64,000 nt of DNA. Origin: Anthoceros angustus. Lineage: Eukaryota; Plantae; Anthocerotophyta. Made by a program: the position numbers and the translations under genes. Below are positions 59,642 through 64,000 of this stretch, in pieces. Each line of letters opens with the position of its first letter. Position 1 is the first letter of the stretch. The notes under the pieces were generated by a model that saw nothing but the letters and a program-made list of their open reading frames with translations, made no database searches and had not been told where the DNA came from. The stretch spans positions 186,001 through 250,000 of the forward strand of contig VJWM01000116.1 in assembly GCA_010909165.1 (NCBI GenBank). The letters run 5' to 3'.

Positions 59642-62600
59642 ATGGCGATGTCGGGCGGCTCCCTTCCCCGCCTCCTCCTCCTCCTCCTCGCAGTGCTGGG
59701 TTTCCTGCAGCTCGCGCTGGGCTGCGTGGTCGGGGACAGGGACGCGCTGCTGGGGTTCAAGGCGGGGCTGGCGGACCGAGCCGGGATCCTGCGCTCCTGG
59801 GACGCCGCCCTCTCCTGCTGCAGGTGGGCGGGGGTGCGATGCGGTGCAGGCGGGAGGGTGGTGGAGCTCGACCTCGACGGCACAGCAGCCTCTGCCGTCC
59901 CCGCGCGCATCGCTCCGCCTCCGGGGCCTCGGAATTTTCTCCACCGGCTGGAGGGCGTGCGGGAGCCGGACCTGCTGGGGCGGACGCTGGGGAACCTCAC
60001 TGCGCTGCGGGCGCTGCGGCTCTCCGGCATCGACCTCGGCCCGGACGTGTTCCCGACGTCCGGCTTCTTCTCCCGGCCGGGGCCCCGCCCGCAGCTCCGA
60101 ATTCTGTCTCTCCCGGGGCTGAATCTGGGGGGCTCCATCCCGGGGGCCTGGGGCGGGCTCCGCGACCTCCGCTACCTCAACCTCAGCGGGAACGCGTTCC
60201 GGGGCGGCATCCCATCTCAGCTCTGCGGGGCCTCGCTCCTGGAGGTGCTGGACGTGAGCGCGCCGGACCACTCTCCGACGACCGCGATTCTGTCGGGCCC
60301 CGTCCCGGCCTGCGCCGCCCAATGGTCGGCCCTCCGCGCCCTGGTCGCGTCCTGGAACGCCCTGTCCGGGCCCATCCCATCCTTTCTCCATCTCTTCCGC
60401 AACCTCCAGGTGCTCAAGCTCGACCACAATAGCCTCGTGGGCGCCATTCCCACCTCTCTCGGCAGCCTCGTCAAACTCAAGGTTTGTGTTTCGTTTTGCT
60501 TCCTCTCTTCCTTCCTGCTCTGTATTTTGGGGATTCTCTTCCTCCGCTGTTTTGTTCTTCCACATGATTAACAAGCCAGCAGAAAGATCGACGTGATCAG
60601 AATGTTGTTGTTTTTGTCAGGTTTTGCATCTGCAAGGCAATGCAGGTCTGTCCGGGGCGATTCCCAGCACCCTCGGCCTGCTGCGGGCTCTGGAGGAGCT
60701 CCGGCTCGGGGGCTCGGGGGACGAACTGGAGGAAGATTCCGAGAAGCTGGAGTCGGAGGCGCGGGGGCTGGGAGGGCTTCTACCGGGGCTGGAGCTCTGG
60801 CGGTTGACGCGGCTCAAGCTGCTGCACATTCGAGGCACATCGTTGCGAGGTAAACTGAAGTCCGTGTGCAACAGAGTTGCAGGCTTCAAGGATTGATTCC
60901 ATATGCTGGAATAAAAGGAGTTGCGTCATAAAATATAACAGGTGAGATTCGGTCGTGATTCCGCAACGTCGGTGGCAGGTAGCATTCCGGCGGCCCTCGG
61001 GAATTTGTCCCTACTGGAGGATTTGCGGCTGGATTTCAATCTGCTGTCTGGCGTCATCCCGGCATCGCTGGGGAAGCTGGGGAGTTTGGAGCACCTGTGT
61101 CTGAGGTACAATCGGTTGGGCGGGGGACTTCCTTCCTCGCTCGGGGGACTGGCCAAGCTGCAGGATCTTTACCTGAACCATAATCTGTTGGGCGGTAAGT
61201 TTCTCGATGCCAGTGATGGATGGATGGGCTGGAGTGAAGGAGGAAGAGCATACTGACTTGTGGTGTGAGACGACATTGCAGGGGCGATTCCGGATTCGTT
61301 TGTGAACCTGACTTTGAGGACCATCAACCTGTCCAGCAATAGGCTTAACGGGAGCATTCCATCTGGGCTGGGCTCGGTAGGGAGCTTCGAAAGCTATGAC
61401 AGCCGCATTCTGGACCTGTCGTGGAATAGGCTCACTGGCCAGCTTCCGGCTTCCCTGCTCGCCTCCGGGCTCTCCCAAATCTACCTGTCCCACAATCTGC
61501 TGAGCAGCCTTCCCCCGGGCCCGGTTGCCTTCTCCGAGCAGCCTGAGTTGGAGCTCGCGGTGCTGAATGTGGACTTCAACAGGCTAGCAGGTCAGTTCGG
61601 CAGCAAGCATTTTCATCGTGGAAATTCCCTTGCTTCACAGTCTTGACTCACAGACTTGGATCTTTTCTGGCAGGTTTGCTGCCTCCGTGGGTGTTCCAGC
61701 TGCCGAGTCTCCTTACCCTGGACCTCTCCCACAATCTGCTCGTCTCACCCTTCCCTGTCTTCGCAGCAGAATCGTTTAGCATTGTCAACCTGAACCTCTC
61801 CAGCAACCGGTTCTCTGGCCACTTGCCAGACTTCCTCACCCAGCTCCTGGGAGTCGCGCTGCTGGACTTCAGCAACAACCGGTTTGATGGCCCCATTCCT
61901 CCCAACATCGGTGGCACCCTTACAGGTACGCGCGTTTCTGGATCAACCCAACTAAGCTCCTGCTCTGGTGGCACTGCTTATTACTCCATCTGACTTGCGT
62001 TCCACGCCTGCAGCCCCAGGAGAGGAGTCTGGACTGGAGATTCTGGATCTTTCCAGAAACCGCCTCTCAGGCCAACTGCCTCCTGGGATCTTCAACGTCT
62101 TACAGGGGTTGAGGCTGGCGCACAACTATCTCAGCGGACCCATCCTCGCCAGCGAGAACGGCACCATTGTAACCTTCGACTTGGAGTTCCTGGACCTTTC
62201 GTACAACAACTTCATCGGGCCCATTCCTCCCCTGCTCGCCACTTCACGAATCCAGAAGGTGCATACACATCCTCCACCTCCTCCTTTGCACACGTTGACC
62301 CACTCTCCACAATTTCTCACAGTGCCAGAGTGACTCCTCAGGTAGTGTTGGCAGGCAACAAGCTGAGCGGGACCATTCCAGACTTCAGCCCAATCTGCCC
62401 CGGGCTGCGGGCTGTGTCCTTCGCCCACAATCTTCTCACCGGTGACCCCTTTCCTGGCGGGGTAAAGAACTGCACAAACCTTGTGTTCTACGACGTGTCG
62501 TGGAACTCTCTCACCGGCTCCCTACCACGGGAGCTGGCATCATGGCAGGTAAAATCACCCACCCACCTCCTCTGCTTCACATCACACTGCTGCTTCACAT

Positions 62601-63331
62601 CACACTGCTGCTCCCTACTCCTGCTTACTTCCATTGAACTCCTCTGCCCATCCATGCAGGCCCTCCGCGTCCTGGACGTCAGCCACAACCGTCTGGGCGG
62701 AATCTTCCCCGACTTCATCGCCACCCTGCGGGCCCTGGAGTACTTGGACGTGTCTCACAACACCTTCGCAGGCCCGCTCCCGGTGGCCAGATTCAACGCC
62801 TTCCCAGCTATACAAAACGCCACCCAGGACCAAGGCTCCTCATTTGGGCTAGGAGCTGTGTCTCTCTACCTGTACCAAAACGTGGTACTGCTGATTGTAC
62901 AGCCCACCCTCGATTTCTCAGGTACGCAACTCCACAACTTCCGGCATCTTCTCCTTCTCCACCCACCGCCACTCACCGTCTCATGCCTTCCTTGTACAGG
63001 AAACCTCTTTACCGGCGACATTTCCCCCAACATCGGCTCCCTCCGGCACCTCACCTACTTCAATATCTCCAGAAACCGAGTACAAGGCATCATCCCCGAC
63101 TCCCTGGCGAGAACCAGCGCATTGCAGGTTTTGGACGTGTCCAGGAACCATCTGACGGGCAGAATTCCCTTCAACCTCACCCACCTCAACTTCCTGCGTC
63201 TGGTCGACTTCTCCTACAACAACCTCAGCGGGCCCATCCCTCAATCCCCGATCTGGAGCAAATTCCCCGCCTCCAGCTTCACAGGAAACCATCTGTGCGG
63301 TCCCCCTATCTCCGACAGTTGTCTCGCCTGA
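59642..63331 (+). CDS. Secreted extracellular LRR protein with receptor-like-protein architecture but no transmembrane segment
   Basis: Signal peptide (LLLLLLAVLGFLQLALG), LRRNT_2 cap (DRDALLGFK...W...CCRWAGVRC) and many plant-type LxxLxLSxNxLxGxIP repeats over about 10 exons. A non-LRR island precedes four terminal LRRs, then the C-cap FPASSFTGNHLCGPP and a stop at 63331. Confidence 0.85.
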
Positions 63332-63692
63332 AGACGTGACAAGTGGGCTGTGAGATATTTTCACATACAAAACACCAGAGTCAAACACGGCGTTCTTTAC
63401 GTGCCTGTGTCGGACACTCGCCCAATTCATTGATTGACCGGATCGACATCCTGACACTGTTGCCAACATGCCTGGAGATGACCCAATCGAATGCGATCAG
63501 ACGAACTGCCTGTCACAAGGACGCTGTCATAGCCTCAACTGCAGGCACCAAGTATGGCTACCGACACATCGGACAACTGCACGCGGCCCGCCATGGCCGC
63601 TGCCACTTGGATTCGTCCGAGAGACATACAACGACACACCTAAACTCAGTTCTCCAGTAAACGCAAAGCGTGCTCAGATACAACTGCCCGCC

Positions 63693-63858
63693 TGCTGGTT
63701 GGTACCTATCTTTCAGCAGCTTCAGCTAACAAGAGATGGCAGAAAATTACGGCTGGTTGGTAGCCCTCTTTCAGCAGCTTCAGCTAACAAGGGGAGATGG
63801 AAGACATTACTGCTGGTTGGTAACTCTCTTTCAGCAGCTTCAACTAATTAGGAGATGG
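63693..63858. repeat. Tandem repeat, ~58-60 bp x3
   Basis: Core GCTGGTTGGTA...CTTTCAGCAGCTTCA(G/A)CTAA...GAGATGG starts at about 63693, 63751 and 63811. Confidence 0.85.
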
Positions 63859-64000
63859 GCAAAAATGAGCACCTTTTATTGGATTCAACCAGATCACGAC
63901 CTTTGGCAGTGTCGACATTCAAGGCGGCCAGAAGGCGGGGCCATGTCTCCGGGATGCCTCCAACAATGTCGAAGTCCAGCAGCTTGCCCTGGCGGCGGTA
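63848..64000 (-). CDS. Possible 3' end of an unidentified gene running off the window end
   Basis: An open frame reads YRRQGKLLDFDIVGGIPETWPRLLAALNVDTAKGRDLVESNKR... to TAA at 63848-63850. It looks protein-like but I do not recognise the family. Confidence 0.3.
   Translation of the reverse strand, partial: YRRQGKLLDFDIVGGIPETWPRLLAALNVDTAKGRDLVESNKRCSFLPIS

Overview
Eukaryotic nuclear DNA from a compact-genome, non-seed land plant. The evidence is PLS-class PPR editing factors, a CEP104 cilium gene and introns of about 50-140 nt. A hornwort or Selaginella-like lycophyte fits, but this is inference. The left ~25 kb is a rearranged accessory zone. It holds a ~98%-identical partial WDR13 duplicate fused to a truncated PPR gene, a head-to-head PPR pair, a 5' fragment of an NLR paralog, CACTA and Sola-like (DUF7869-type) transposon remnants, a 1.5-kb tandem duplication and an AT-rich aspartic protease. 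It ends with an atypical NLR that has an MLKL/Cbl-N-like four-helix N-terminus, a degenerate NB-ARC duplicated in tandem (1.4 kb) and LRRs. The NLR stop codon lies 17 nt from the stop of the convergent WDR13 gene. The right ~38 kb is a dense, clean run of genes: WDR13, CEP104, ABC1K8/OSA1, katanin p80, a pogo-like MITE, eIF2B-alpha, MAK16, PICKLE/CHD3, plastid MutS2 and a secreted LRR protein with RLP architecture but no transmembrane domain. ABC1K8, katanin p80 and PICKLE have intronless coding sequences, unlike their neighbours. The many frameshifts on the left could be pseudogenisation or long-read consensus errors, and the sequence alone cannot distinguish these. All family assignments come from motif recognition, not from database searches.
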